Positions 46,675 through 56,745 are shown, counted from the stretch's first letter. The stretch: 64,000 bases of DNA from Planctomycetota bacterium (GCA_050248855.1 JBFWRP010000009.1:64001-128000); one strand, 5' to 3'. Notes: generated by a model not told the origin, from the letters alone. A program made the numbers and translations.

Positions 46675-47820
46675 TCAGCTGCCGTCCACCCCGGCCACTT
46701 CGCTGCCGCCCGTGGCGACGCGCGCCCCTTCCCGCTCCCGGTAGATGCGCAGCACGGTCGTGATCAAGGCCAGCAGCAGCGGGCCGAAGACGACCCCGCT
46801 GATCCCGAACAGGCCGATGCCGCTCATGATGGCGAAGAACAGCATCATCGGGTGCACGTCGTGGGCCCCCGTGCGCGACAGGATCCATGGCCTGAGCACG
46901 TTGTCCGCCATGCCCACGATCACGAGCCCCCAGACCACCAGGAAGATGCCCGCGCCCGTCGAGCCCGTGATGAACAGGTAGACGGCCGCCGGCGCCCAGA
47001 CGAGCGCGGTGCCGCCGAACGGGAACAGGCTGGCGCCGGCCATGACGAGACCCCAGAGCACGGGGGCGTCGAGGCCCGCGATGGCGAAGGACACCGAACC
47101 CAGTGCTCCCTGGATCAGCGCCACCAGCACGCCCCCCAGGAGCGCGGCCGTCGTGGTCCCGTGCAGGCTGTCGAGAATCCGCTCCGTTTCCGTGACGGTG
47201 AAAGGAGAGACATCGATCACGACGTCCCGCAACCGCTTGCCGTCGCAGTACACGAAGTAGAGCGTGATCAACATGACCACGAAGCCGAACAGGAACAGGA
47301 ACGGCGCGAAGAGCATGTCGAGCACGCCCTTGGCCAGCGACCCCGTGACGAAGCGGCGGGCCAGCTCCTGACTGCCCTTCTGGAGCGCTTCGCTGAGCGC
47401 CTCGAAGTCCTTGTAGCCGAGGAACTCGGCCACGCTATCCAGCCGCGGACGGAGGCTGCCCGCCTCGCCCCCCGCCGCAAGCCCGGCCTCCACGTGCGCG
47501 ACCACCTCGCTGACGTCGAAGCTCTTGACCTCGTCGACGAGCATCCCGCCGACGAGCATCAAGGGCACCAGCAGCGCGACGGGCACGAGCAGCACCATGA
47601 CCAGCGCGGCCAGCCGGGGCCGGTTGCCCAGCTGCGTCACGAGACCCCGGTACGGCCTGCCCGTGGCCACCGCGAGACACAGCGCCCACGCGATGGGCGT
47701 CACGAAGGGCCAGAGGATCAAGAGGAACGCACCGAACGCGAGCAGCGTGACGACCGTGAGCAGCGCCCTGCGCTCCCACGACCGCTCGATCCCCTCGGCC
47801 AGCCCGACCTCGTCCACCAT
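46675..47820 (-). CDS. AI-2E family transporter
   Basis: PFVTPIAWA, ALIQG, PFGGTALVWAP, DNVLRP, FGISGVVFGP. Confidence 0.9.
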   Translation of the reverse strand: MVDEVGLAEGIERSWERRALLTVVTLLAFGAFLLILWPFVTPIAWALCLAVATGRPYRGLVTQLGNRPRLAALVMVLLVPVALLVPLMLVGGMLVDEVKSFDVSEVVAHVEAGLAAGGEAGSLRPRLDSVAEFLGYKDFEALSEALQKGSQELARRFVTGSLAKGVLDMLFAPFLFLFGFVVMLITLYFVYCDGKRLRDVVIDVSPFTVTETERILDSLHGTTTAALLGGVLVALIQGALGSVSFAIAGLDAPVLWGLVMAGASLFPFGGTALVWAPAAVYLFITGSTGAGIFLVVWGLVIVGMADNVLRPWILSRTGAHDVHPMMLFFAIMSGIGLFGISGVVFGPLLLALITTVLRIYREREGARVATGGSEVAGVDGS

Positions 47821-47880
47821 CCCGAGCTCGCCCTCCCAGTGGCGATCCGCCCATCCTAGCCCCGGCGCAGCATCCGGCAC

Positions 47881-48750
47881 GTGGACCTCTACCCGACCTT
47901 GGCTCGGCGCATTGGGCGGCTCCTGGGTGCTGCACCGCTTCGCTTCGACCGCATCGAGGGTGGATGCACGCCTGCCCTGCGCCTCCGCGCCCACCTCCCG
48001 GACGGCTCGACGGCCTTCGTGAAGGCCGCCACCGATGCGGACACCGCGACGTGGCTGCGCCACGAGCACCGCGTCTACGGCCACGTCGAGGCCCCGTTCC
48101 TGCCGCGGCTACGGGGCTTCGACCCGGCCGAGCTTCCGGTTCTGGCGATCGAGGACCTGTCGGACGCGCACTGGCCCCCACCGTGGACGGCGGAGCATGT
48201 CGACGACGTCCTCCGCGCGCTCGACGAGATGGCCGCCAGCACGCCGCCGTCGGGCCTCCCCCCGATGGAGCAGAAGCGCGAGATGCTCTGCGGCTGGCGC
48301 CGCGTGGCCGCGGACCCACGACCGTTCTTGTCGCTCGGCGTCGCGTCCCACGCGTGGCTCGAGCGGGCCCTGCCCCCGCTGCTGGAAGCCGACGAGCAGC
48401 TCGTCCTCGGGGGCGATGCGCTCTGTCACTTCGACACGCGAAGCGACAACCTCTGCCTTCGCGACAGGCAAGCCGTGCTCGTGGACTGGAACTGGGCGTG
48501 TGTTGGCAACCCGCGCCTGGATCGCGCCTTCTTCCTGCCCAGCCTCCACGCCGACGGCGGGCCCGCGCCCGACGTCGTCCTGCCCGACGCCGCGGACGTG
48601 GCCCCCACCGTCGCGGGCTACTTCGCCTCGACGGCCGGCCAGCCCCCGCTCCCCACCGCCCCGCGCGTCCGCCCCCTCCAGCTCCTCCAGCTGCGCCACG
48701 CGCTGCCGTGGGCTGCCCGCGTGCTGGGGCTGCCTCCGCCTTCCACGTAG
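47881..48750 (+). CDS. Aminoglycoside/choline kinase-like phosphotransferase
   Basis: AFVKA, LAIEDL, CHFDTRSDN, LVDWNW. Confidence 0.82.
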   Translation: MDLYPTLARRIGRLLGAAPLRFDRIEGGCTPALRLRAHLPDGSTAFVKAATDADTATWLRHEHRVYGHVEAPFLPRLRGFDPAELPVLAIEDLSDAHWPPPWTAEHVDDVLRALDEMAASTPPSGLPPMEQKREMLCGWRRVAADPRPFLSLGVASHAWLERALPPLLEADEQLVLGGDALCHFDTRSDNLCLRDRQAVLVDWNWACVGNPRLDRAFFLPSLHADGGPAPDVVLPDAADVAPTVAGYFASTAGQPPLPTAPRVRPLQLLQLRHALPWAARVLGLPPPST

Positions 48751-48756
48751 CTTCGG

Positions 48757-49284
48757 TCACCCCTCTGGTGCGAAGGCGTCGATGGCCTTGCGCACGGCCT
48801 CCTTCGACAGGTTGGGGTACCGCGAGTAGGCGGCGGAGGGGATCGCCTCGACGAGCAACTTCAGCGTCGCCAGATCGACGAGTCCGTCCTCGACGAAGCG
48901 CCGTGCGTCCGCGAGATCGCGCTCGAACCCGCGGACCAGCTTGGCGAACACCTGGGTGTAGGGATCGTAGTGGTACCAAGCAACGCGCCCGATCCGGCGG
49001 ATGAACACGTGGCGGTGCCGTGCATCGGAGAGCTCTGGCACGAACGCGCTTGGTTCCACGAGCTCGATGTTGATGTCGAGCTCCTCCTGGATGCGCTGGA
49101 CTTCGTGCAGGACACGGTGGTCCTCGACAGCCAGGTCCACGTCGAGGGAAGACGCACGCCAGCCGCGCAGGACGGCTGTCCCCCCGCCCGCGAGGAACAC
49201 GCAGAAGTCCGTGCCTCGCGGCGCACTCGCCGAGAGCTCCTGCATCAGGAGCGCGAGTCGCTCCGGCGTAACGTCCTTACGCAC
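48757..49284 (-). CDS. DUF6036-like nucleotidyltransferase
   Basis: FLAGGGTAVLRGWRASSLDVDL (GG...DxD), KLVRGFERDLADA. Overlaps the upstream stop. Confidence 0.75.
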   Translation of the reverse strand: MRKDVTPERLALLMQELSASAPRGTDFCVFLAGGGTAVLRGWRASSLDVDLAVEDHRVLHEVQRIQEELDINIELVEPSAFVPELSDARHRHVFIRRIGRVAWYHYDPYTQVFAKLVRGFERDLADARRFVEDGLVDLATLKLLVEAIPSAAYSRYPNLSKEAVRKAIDAFAPEG

Positions 49285-49723
49285 GGGCTGCTCGCAGCAC
49301 GCGTGCACACGCATCCGCGAAGGACTGGATGAGCCGCAAGCGCGCGAGATAGCGGTGATGCGCCAGATCACCGTCCGTGGACTCGAGCAGTCGGTACAGG
49401 CGGTGATCGGGATCCGACCAGTCGATGTGCGGAACGGGGACGCCTTCCCGGCGCAGCCGCGATTGCGCCAGCGCCACCAACAAGCTGTCGGCCGTGATCC
49501 GACCCGCGGCCACGTCATCCAAACCGCGGTCGACCAGATCGCCGCCGGGCAGACCCAGGTCGGCGAAGGAAGGCCCACCGAAACGAGCGCGGATCCAACG
49601 CGTGAGGGCGGCGCGTCGGGCGATCGCCTGCCGCCGGGCTGGGGCGAGGCGCTCGGCGCGCAGGCGGCCACCGCGGCGGCCCTGCTCGCGGAAGGCGTCT
49701 CGGATCGCGGCAGGCAGCTTCAC
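49277..49723 (-). CDS. Hypothetical protein, partner of the nucleotidyltransferase
   Basis: TATAGT 6 nt before GTG 49723. GRRGGRLRAERLAPARRQAIARRAA then GLPGGDLVDRGL...PDHRLY...AHHRY. Confidence 0.7.
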   Translation of the reverse strand: MKLPAAIRDAFREQGRRGGRLRAERLAPARRQAIARRAALTRWIRARFGGPSFADLGLPGGDLVDRGLDDVAAGRITADSLLVALAQSRLRREGVPVPHIDWSDPDHRLYRLLESTDGDLAHHRYLARLRLIQSFADACARVLRAARA

Positions 49724-49772
49724 GGCCCCACTATACCTAGGGGGTAAGCATGGTCGAGGTAGGCTGGGCGCC

Positions 49773-50822
49773 GTGCGCGCGATCGTGATTCCCAAGAACG
49801 GGCCGCCCGAGGTGTTCGAGGAGCGGGAGGTGGAGGAGCGGCGGCTGACGCCGATCGACGTGCGCGTCGAGGTGGCGGCCGCCGGCGTCAACTTCGCGGA
49901 CGTGATGGGCCGCGTCGGGCTGTACCCCGATGCCCCGCCTCTGCCGTATGCGCCCGGCTACGAGGTCGCGGGCACGGTGGTGGAGGCGGGCGAGCGCGCG
50001 GCGGAGCGCTTGCCGCCCGGGACGCGCGTCATGGCGGTCACGCGCTTCGGCGGCTACGCCGACCTCGTGCGCGTGCCCGAGCACGCGGTCGTCCCGCTGG
50101 CCGACCACGTGCCGTTCGACGTGGCCGCCGGAACGCCCGTCAACTACCTCACGGCGTGGCTTGGCCTCGTGCACATGGGCAACGCCAGGGCCGGCGAGAG
50201 CGTGCTGGTGCACGGTGGCGCGGGCGGTGTGGGCTTGGCGGTGATCGACCTCGCACGCGGGCGCGACCTCGTGCTGCATGCCACGTCGAGCAGCGCGGCC
50301 AAGCGCGGGCGCCTGCTCGAGCTGGGCGTGGCCGCGGCGCTCGACGGGACGGCGGCCGACTTCGAGGAGCAGGCGCGCCGGGCCACGCGCGGGCGTGGCT
50401 ACGACCTCGTGCTGGACCCTCAGGGCCCCGAGTCGTTCCAGAGGTCGCTACGCCAGCTGGCGCCACTCGGGCGCCTGGTCTGCTACGGCTTCTCGTCGCT
50501 CGTCACGGGGCCCAAGCGCAAGCTCTGGCACGCCGTCACGAGCGTGCTCAAGACGGCCAAGGTCAACCCCATCACGCTCATGAACCAGAACGTGGGCGTG
50601 CTCGGGTTGAACCTGGCCCACCTCTTCACCGAGCGCGACCTGCAGCGCACGGCCATGGCCAAGCTCGGCGAGCTGCTGGACCGCGGCGAGATCCGGCCCC
50701 ACCTCGACCGCCGGTTCCCCTTCACGGCGGCCGGGGCCGCCGCCTCGCACACGTACCTTCACGAGCGCAAGAACTTCGGCAAGCTCGTGTTGGTGAAGGA
50801 CGCCGAAGCGGTCAGCCGCTGA
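49773..50822 (+). CDS. MDR-family (quinone oxidoreductase/VAT-1-like) dehydrogenase
   Basis: AGVNFAD, PGYEVAG, PVNYLTAW, HGGAGGVG, RKNFGKLVL. TAGGCT 7 nt before GTG. Confidence 0.9.
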   Translation: MRAIVIPKNGPPEVFEEREVEERRLTPIDVRVEVAAAGVNFADVMGRVGLYPDAPPLPYAPGYEVAGTVVEAGERAAERLPPGTRVMAVTRFGGYADLVRVPEHAVVPLADHVPFDVAAGTPVNYLTAWLGLVHMGNARAGESVLVHGGAGGVGLAVIDLARGRDLVLHATSSSAAKRGRLLELGVAAALDGTAADFEEQARRATRGRGYDLVLDPQGPESFQRSLRQLAPLGRLVCYGFSSLVTGPKRKLWHAVTSVLKTAKVNPITLMNQNVGVLGLNLAHLFTERDLQRTAMAKLGELLDRGEIRPHLDRRFPFTAAGAAASHTYLHERKNFGKLVLVKDAEAVSR

Positions 50823-51327
50823 CCGCGGCGCCCTCCATGGCCAGCAGCTGGCGCTTGATGTCGAGATCGCCCGTGAAGCCGCCCAGCCGCCGCGAGGCCC
50901 CCACCACGCGATGGCAGGGCACGACGAGCGGCAGCGGGTTGCGTCCGCACGCCTGACCCACGGCGCGCGCCGCGCCGTGGCGGCGCAGCGCCTTGGCCAC
51001 GGCGCCGTACGTGCGCACCTGCCCGCGCGGGATGCGCTTCAAGTGCGACCACACGCGCGGCCCGAAGCCGCTCTCCGGCAGCACGTGCGGGAGGTCCTTC
51101 GGATCCGGGCCGCCGTCCAGGTAGGCCGCCAGGACGCGGCCGGCTTCCGTCGTGAACGGGCTGCCGCGGCGCAGGTCCACGTTGAGGAGCCAACGCTCGA
51201 GCCCGTCGCGCACGGGGCCGTCGTCGTCGCCGAAGTGCACGCGCACGAGCCCACTGCCCGTCGCGGCCAGCACGAGCGGTCCGATCGACGTGCGCCGCAG
51301 CGTCGTCATGTGGACGACGGTGGCCAC
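50812..51327 (-). CDS. ogt: Methylated-DNA--protein-cysteine methyltransferase
   Basis: IPRGQVRTYG, ARAVGQA, NPLPLVVPCHRVV. Confidence 0.93.
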   Translation of the reverse strand: MATVVHMTTLRRTSIGPLVLAATGSGLVRVHFGDDDGPVRDGLERWLLNVDLRRGSPFTTEAGRVLAAYLDGGPDPKDLPHVLPESGFGPRVWSHLKRIPRGQVRTYGAVAKALRRHGAARAVGQACGRNPLPLVVPCHRVVGASRRLGGFTGDLDIKRQLLAMEGAAVSG

Positions 51328-51329
51328 GG

Positions 51330-53159
51330 TCAGCGACGCCCGGGTGCGGCCAGCAACACCTTCAAGGTCACCTGCTCGTCGCCCCGCAGCACGACGAGGT
51401 CCACGCGCTTGCCGGGCTCGAGCCGCCTCAGCGCCTCCACGAGGCCCTGCCGATCGCGCGTGGCCTGGCCGGCGATGCTCACCAGCACGTCGCCCGGTAC
51501 GACACCGGCCTCGGCCGCCGGCCCGCCGTCGGCGACCCCGGCCACGAGGACGCCGATGTCGTGCGGCTCGGGGCTCGCCTGCAGCCCCAAGCGCGGCGGA
51601 CGGGGCGGCGTGGGCGGCTTCGTGAACTCCAAGCGCTCTTCGCGGCTCGCGATCTCGCGCACGACGTCACGCACGAACAGGGTGATGCGCTCGAGGCCCT
51701 CGAACTCGATGCGCTCCACGTCGTCCGTCGGCCGGTGGTAGTCCTCGTGCAGCAGCGTGAAGAAGAACAGCACGGGCAGGTTCTTGCGGAAGAACGACGT
51801 GCTGTCGCTGGGCGCCACGCCGCCCGGGTCCCACAGGCAGTTCAGGTGGTGGTCCTTGTTGAGGCCCTCCACCAGCTCGTGCAGGCCCTTCGCCGTGCCG
51901 ACGCCGCCTACCTGCACGCGACCCTCGCGGCTGCGGCCGATCATGTCCAGGTTGACCATGCCAACGGTGTCTTCGAGAGGCACGGTGGGATGGTCGACGT
52001 ACCACTGCGAGCCGAGCAGCCCGCGCTCCTCGCCCGTGAACGCGATGAACAGGAGGCTGCGCCGCGGCCGGTGGTCCGGCGCGGCGAACCACTCGGCCAG
52101 CTCCATCAGCGCGACCGTGCCGGAGCCGTTGTCGTCGGCGCCGTTGTGGATCTGGCCCGCGGCGGATGCACCGCCCGTGCTGCCGAACCAGCCGAGCCCC
52201 ACGTGGTCGTAGTGGGCGCCCACCACGACGACTTCGTCGGCCACGTCGGGGTCGCACCCGGGCAGCAGGCCGATGACGTTGCGGGCATTGGCCCCTTGCG
52301 TCGCCGTCAGCGTGGTGACGACGTGCACGCGCGCTCCGGGCACGGGACCGCTGCAGGGGCCCGTCGTGCGCAAGCGCTCCTCCACGTCGGCGAGGCTCGT
52401 GCCCCGCGCCGCCAAGAGCCGCTCGGCAATCGCCTGCGAGACGAACGCGTACGGGATCGGCGCCGACGCCGCGGGCGCGCCCAGGCTGGCGCTCCAGTGC
52501 CCGATGCGATCGGGTCCCCCCTTCGTGGTGTCCGGGTTGTTGCAGAGCAGTACCGCCGCCGCACCCGCCTCGGCGGCGACCTTCAGCTTGTTCAGGAAGG
52601 AGGCGTGCTGGACCTCTTGCCAGCCGGGGTTCTTGCGCAGCACGAGCACGACGCGGCCCTTGACGTCCTGGCCGGCGTAGTCGTCGTACTCGCGCTCGGG
52701 CGCGCGGATTCCGTAGCCGGCGAACACGACCTCCGCGTCGACGTCCGCGGCCGCGCTGACCGAGAACGGGTTCCAGTCCTCCTCGACGGTGTAGGAGGTC
52801 GCCTCACCGTCGATCGTGACCGTGAGCGCATTGCCCTCCCCGAGCACGGGCTCGGCCACGTCGAAGGGCTGGTACCAGCCGTCCGAGCCCTTGGGCACGA
52901 GGCCCGCGCGGCGGAACACCGACGCGATGTGGGCGGACACCTCGATGGCCTCGGGGCCGGTCGTGTCCCGGCCGCGGCGGGCGTCGTCGGCGATCCACGC
53001 GAGGCGCGCGCGCAGGTCCGCCAGGGCAATGTCCGTGGTGCTGGTGTAGGGGCTCGGCGCAGCTTCGGGAGCACGCGCCTCGCCGGCGTTGCCCGATCGC
53101 GAGCCCCCGAGCGCGGCCGCCCCGAGGCATGCGAGCATCGCCGCGATGGTGCGCTTCAT
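51330..53159 (-). CDS. M28 aminopeptidase with PA and PDZ domains
   Basis: Signal peptide, FAGYGI (PA), GAHYDH, GADDNGSG, GEERGLLGS, NLDMIGR, YHRPTD, C-terminal PDZ. Confidence 0.92.
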   Translation of the reverse strand: MKRTIAAMLACLGAAALGGSRSGNAGEARAPEAAPSPYTSTTDIALADLRARLAWIADDARRGRDTTGPEAIEVSAHIASVFRRAGLVPKGSDGWYQPFDVAEPVLGEGNALTVTIDGEATSYTVEEDWNPFSVSAAADVDAEVVFAGYGIRAPEREYDDYAGQDVKGRVVLVLRKNPGWQEVQHASFLNKLKVAAEAGAAAVLLCNNPDTTKGGPDRIGHWSASLGAPAASAPIPYAFVSQAIAERLLAARGTSLADVEERLRTTGPCSGPVPGARVHVVTTLTATQGANARNVIGLLPGCDPDVADEVVVVGAHYDHVGLGWFGSTGGASAAGQIHNGADDNGSGTVALMELAEWFAAPDHRPRRSLLFIAFTGEERGLLGSQWYVDHPTVPLEDTVGMVNLDMIGRSREGRVQVGGVGTAKGLHELVEGLNKDHHLNCLWDPGGVAPSDSTSFFRKNLPVLFFFTLLHEDYHRPTDDVERIEFEGLERITLFVRDVVREIASREERLEFTKPPTPPRPPRLGLQASPEPHDIGVLVAGVADGGPAAEAGVVPGDVLVSIAGQATRDRQGLVEALRRLEPGKRVDLVVLRGDEQVTLKVLLAAPGRR

Positions 53160-54723
53160 GCCGACCCTCCGCCTCCGTCGTCCGCGCGTCGTGGCCACGA
53201 CGAGACGGCGGGGCGGGGAGTCTCGCCCCGCGCCCCCCCTCGCGTCAAAGGCGGGCGTAGCGCTCGCGCTGCTGCTCGTCGCCGTGGCGGCGCGGGGTCG
53301 GGTCGAAGCGGCTCCCCGGGAACGGTTCCCGCGGCCGGACGCTCGCCGACGCGACGAGGCCCGCGCGGCAGCCGCCGTCGCGGCGGCGCCGCACGACGCG
53401 CAAGGCTGGCTCGCCTTGGCCCGTGCCCGGCGCGAGCGAGCCGATCTCGCGGGCGCCTTGGCCGCTGCGGACGAGGCGCGCCTGTGGCAGCCCGGCGACC
53501 CCGCGGCCTCTCGCGAGGCCGCCGCCGCGCACCTCGCGCTGCACCGCCCCGCGGAGGCCGCACGCGCCCTGGCCCTGCTGGACGACGACGCGGCCGTCAC
53601 GTGGCGCCTGCGCGCGGAGCTGGCCCTGTTGCAGGGGCGCACCGAGGCCGCCTGGCGTGCCGCCTCCACGGCCTTGCGCCAAGCGCCCGGTCAGGCGGAC
53701 GTGGTCGCGACGGCGGCGGAGGCGGCGTATCGCTCCGGACGCCTCGAACGCGCGCGACGGCTCTATGCGACGACCGTGCGCCTGGACCCGTGGCACGAGG
53801 TGGCCAACCTGCGGCTCGGTAGCGGCTTCGCGCCGCGCGGCGACCGGTTGGTGTTCAGGTCGGTCGCCCAGCGCCAGGGATTCGACGAAGCGGCCGCCGC
53901 GTGGCGCGCCCACGACCTCGAGACCGCACTGGCGCGCTTCGCGGACCTGGTCGCCGATGCGCCGGACGAGCCGCGCTTCCGCCTGGGGCTTGGTCTCGTG
54001 CTGCGCGAGCGGGCGTGGGCCGAGTGCGCCGCGCTGCCGCCGGACACGTCGTGGCTGGCGGACGAAGCGCGACGGCCCGTCGCCGGCGAAGGGCGCCTCG
54101 TCCCCGGTGTCGCCGACCTGGCGCCCGATCACCTGGCGGTCGTACGCCGCGCGCTGCGTCCTTGGGAGGCCTGGCTGCCCGAGCTGCTCGCGGCGGGCGG
54201 ACGCCACGAGGTCCTGCCGCTGGCCGTCAGCCTCGTCGATGCGCCGGAGCGCGAGGACCTGGCCGACCAGACGACCTTCGACGGGCGCTGGTACGCGCAC
54301 CTGCGCGGCGTGGGCGGGCTCCATGCGGCGACCGGCGAGGAGAAGCTGCGCGCCGCGGCCTGCCACGAGTTCGACACCTTCGCGCACGAGCTGGCCCACC
54401 AGATCCTGTCCTACGCGCTTCCCGAAACGGTTCGCGGCGAGGTCCACGCCCTCTGGCGGCAAGCGGTGGAGGCGGGGCGCTGCCTGGACGCCTATGCCGC
54501 CTCCAACGCGGACGAGTACTTCGCCCAGGGCTTCGAAGCGTTCGTCTCGCCCTGGAAGCGGCCCGGCGTGCGGCGCACGGCCTCTCACACGCGCGACGAG
54601 CTGCGCGACGTCGATCCCGCGCTGCTCGCCTTGCTCGAGCGCCTTACGACGCGAGACCGCGAAGGCGCTGCATCGCCTGCTGCACCTCCTCCCACTCCGG
54701 GTGGGCCTCCAGCGCAGCGCTGA
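53158..54723 (+). CDS. TPR protein fused to zincin metallopeptidase domain
   Basis: TPR helices, FAHELAHQI (HExxH), YAASNADEYFAQGFEAF. Start uncertain. Confidence 0.75.
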   Translation: MPTLRLRRPRVVATTRRRGGESRPAPPLASKAGVALALLLVAVAARGRVEAAPRERFPRPDARRRDEARAAAAVAAAPHDAQGWLALARARRERADLAGALAAADEARLWQPGDPAASREAAAAHLALHRPAEAARALALLDDDAAVTWRLRAELALLQGRTEAAWRAASTALRQAPGQADVVATAAEAAYRSGRLERARRLYATTVRLDPWHEVANLRLGSGFAPRGDRLVFRSVAQRQGFDEAAAAWRAHDLETALARFADLVADAPDEPRFRLGLGLVLRERAWAECAALPPDTSWLADEARRPVAGEGRLVPGVADLAPDHLAVVRRALRPWEAWLPELLAAGGRHEVLPLAVSLVDAPEREDLADQTTFDGRWYAHLRGVGGLHAATGEEKLRAAACHEFDTFAHELAHQILSYALPETVRGEVHALWRQAVEAGRCLDAYAASNADEYFAQGFEAFVSPWKRPGVRRTASHTRDELRDVDPALLALLERLTTRDREGAASPAAPPPTPGGPPAQR

Positions 54724-55576
54724 GCAGGCGATGGGCTTCCAGCTCCCGGCCTGGCTGGCGGGACAGCCAGAGGCCGTAGTTGCCCTGCGCGCGGGACACG
54801 TTGCGCGCGCACTTCAGCGCGTTTTTGTAGCCCTGCTCGGCATGGCGATCGTCGCCCAGGTGCTGATGGCCGACGGCGTACACGGTCCACGCACGCTCGT
54901 TGCGCGCGCCGTGCTGCAGCGAGCGCACGGCGGTACGCACGGCCTCCTTCCAGCGTTCCGCGAGCATCAAGGCGCCGGCGAGGTCGTCGAGCCAGGGGCC
55001 CCAGTCGGGCTGCAGGCGATGGGCGCGCCGGAACGCCTCGACGGCTTCGTCGGGTCGCCCCTGGCTGATCAGCGCGTAGCCCGCGGCCGCATGCAGGGAG
55101 GAGTCCTCGTGGCGCGCCAGCGCCTCGCGGGCCCACGCCAAGGCCTCGTCGTTGCGTCCAAGCGCGCGCAACGCGCGGGTCCCGCGCACCACGGGCTCGG
55201 CGTCGTCGGGGCGCAGTCCGGCCGCGGCCCGGTAGGCGGCCACGGCCGCCTCGAAGTCGTGCGCGGCTTCGTGACGACGGGCTTCGAGCATGCGCACGAG
55301 CGCGCTGGCAGGGTGGTGCCCGATGGCGCTGGCGAGCACGGCATCGAACTCGTCGAAGCGCTTGTAGCGCAAGTGGAGCTCGAGCCGGCGGATGGCCACG
55401 CGTCGATCGGCCGGCCAGCGGAGCCCGGCCTCGTCCAGGACGGCGCGGGCGGCGCCGTACTCGCCGTCACCCAGCAGGTCGTCCGCAAGGCGCACCGCTC
55501 CCAGCGGGTCATCGGCCTTCACGAGGCGCCGCAGGGCAGCGGCAGCCCCGGGGCTCAAGGCATCGGCGGCGCCCAT
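54644..55576 (-). CDS. TPR protein
   Basis: Tandem TPR-like repeats (AYRAAAGLRPD, AFRRAHRLQPD). Confidence 0.8.
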   Translation of the reverse strand: MGAADALSPGAAAALRRLVKADDPLGAVRLADDLLGDGEYGAARAVLDEAGLRWPADRRVAIRRLELHLRYKRFDEFDAVLASAIGHHPASALVRMLEARRHEAAHDFEAAVAAYRAAAGLRPDDAEPVVRGTRALRALGRNDEALAWAREALARHEDSSLHAAAGYALISQGRPDEAVEAFRRAHRLQPDWGPWLDDLAGALMLAERWKEAVRTAVRSLQHGARNERAWTVYAVGHQHLGDDRHAEQGYKNALKCARNVSRAQGNYGLWLSRQPGRELEAHRLLSAALEAHPEWEEVQQAMQRLRGLAS

Positions 55577-55611
55577 GGGGGCGACAGGCTACCCCGACGC
55601 CGGGCTTGCAG

Positions 55612-56745
55612 TCACCGCAAGCGGCGCCGGAGCTCGTCCCAGGGGAAGTTGGCCCCAGGGCACTTCGTGGGGCAGCAGTGGCAGTGCCCCTGGACCACGT
55701 CCGGGGAGAGGTCGTACGTGTCCATCAGCCAGCGGACCAGCTTGACCAAGCTGTCCATCTGGGCCGCCGTGGGCCGCCCGCCGGGCAGCTCGAAGTTGCC
55801 GACCAGGCAGATGCCGACCCCGTAGTCGTTGTAGCGGTTGTCGGGCGTCTTGGCGTGGGCACCGTGCAGCTGCTGCTTCCAGCGCGGTCCCACCTCGACT
55901 TCGCCGTCGCCGCTGAGCGAGCCGTTGCCGATCACGAAGTGGTAGCCCAGGCCGTGCTCCCACCCGTTGTCGACGCGATGGATGCGGTCGTACTTCTCCG
56001 CGTTGCCGGCCAGGTCATCGCTGTGATGCAGGATGATGTACTTCCAGTCGCGGCGCGGGGCCGAGGCGGGCGGCACCCACCCCGCCAAGCCGCGGGCAGG
56101 GGCGCGCGAGGTCGTCTCCACGCGCGGCGCCCGCTTCACGATGGGACGCGGGGTCACCGGCTCGACCTGGATGCGTGCGGGCGGCGTGGGCGGCGCCTCG
56201 TTGCGCGTGCGCAGCTCGAGCGCCCGCGTCAGGAGGCGGTCTTGGCGGGCTTGGTGCCTGGCCTGTTCGGCGACGGCCTCGCGATCCAGGAGGCGCACGA
56301 CGCGAGCCGGGATGACGAGGTCCTCCCCACGGCGCGCCACGGGCTCCTTGAAGGTCATGGGCCGCGTCGAGATGAGCCCCTTCGTGCTGTCGGCGTAGAG
56401 GTAGATGGACAGGCCACCGTTCTCGAGCACGGCGAACGTACCCTTGTCCGTGTAGGCAAGGCCGTGCATCGCCGCGAACTCGCGAGCGGTCAGTGACGAG
56501 TCCACCAGGGCGGCCGGCGCCGCGACGGCAGCACCGGGAGCGGGAGCGGCACCCGCACGACGGGCGGGGACCCAGCGACCGGAGGGGTCCTGGACCAGGA
56601 CGTCCCCGGCCCGGACGCGGGCGTCGGTCTGGAAGGGCTCACCCGCTCCCGCCGGCCCGGGAAGCCCGCCGAGGAGCAGGGCGCCGAGGATGCCGGCGAA
56701 GGCGAACGCGAGGGCGGCAGGACGACGGCGGGCAGTGATGGACAA
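55612..56745 (-). CDS. N-acetylmuramoyl-L-alanine amidase (Amidase_2/PGRP type)
   Basis: Signal peptide, WKYIILHHS, LGYHFVIGNG, GAHA, GICLVGNF, GH...TKCPG. GGAGGAGGAG SD before TTG. Confidence 0.9.
   Translation of the reverse strand: MSITARRRPAALAFAFAGILGALLLGGLPGPAGAGEPFQTDARVRAGDVLVQDPSGRWVPARRAGAAPAPGAAVAAPAALVDSSLTAREFAAMHGLAYTDKGTFAVLENGGLSIYLYADSTKGLISTRPMTFKEPVARRGEDLVIPARVVRLLDREAVAEQARHQARQDRLLTRALELRTRNEAPPTPPARIQVEPVTPRPIVKRAPRVETTSRAPARGLAGWVPPASAPRRDWKYIILHHSDDLAGNAEKYDRIHRVDNGWEHGLGYHFVIGNGSLSGDGEVEVGPRWKQQLHGAHAKTPDNRYNDYGVGICLVGNFELPGGRPTAAQMDSLVKLVRWLMDTYDLSPDVVQGHCHCCPTKCPGANFPWDELRRRLR

Noticed and set aside
47881..48750. Antibiotic-resistance call for the phosphotransferase
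   Set aside because: Only family-level kinase motifs are visible, so substrate cannot be inferred.
53157..53160. Divergent genes sharing a CATG with overlapping start codons
   Set aside because: Only the minus-strand ATG has an SD. The plus-strand gene probably starts further downstream, so the overlap may be coincidental.
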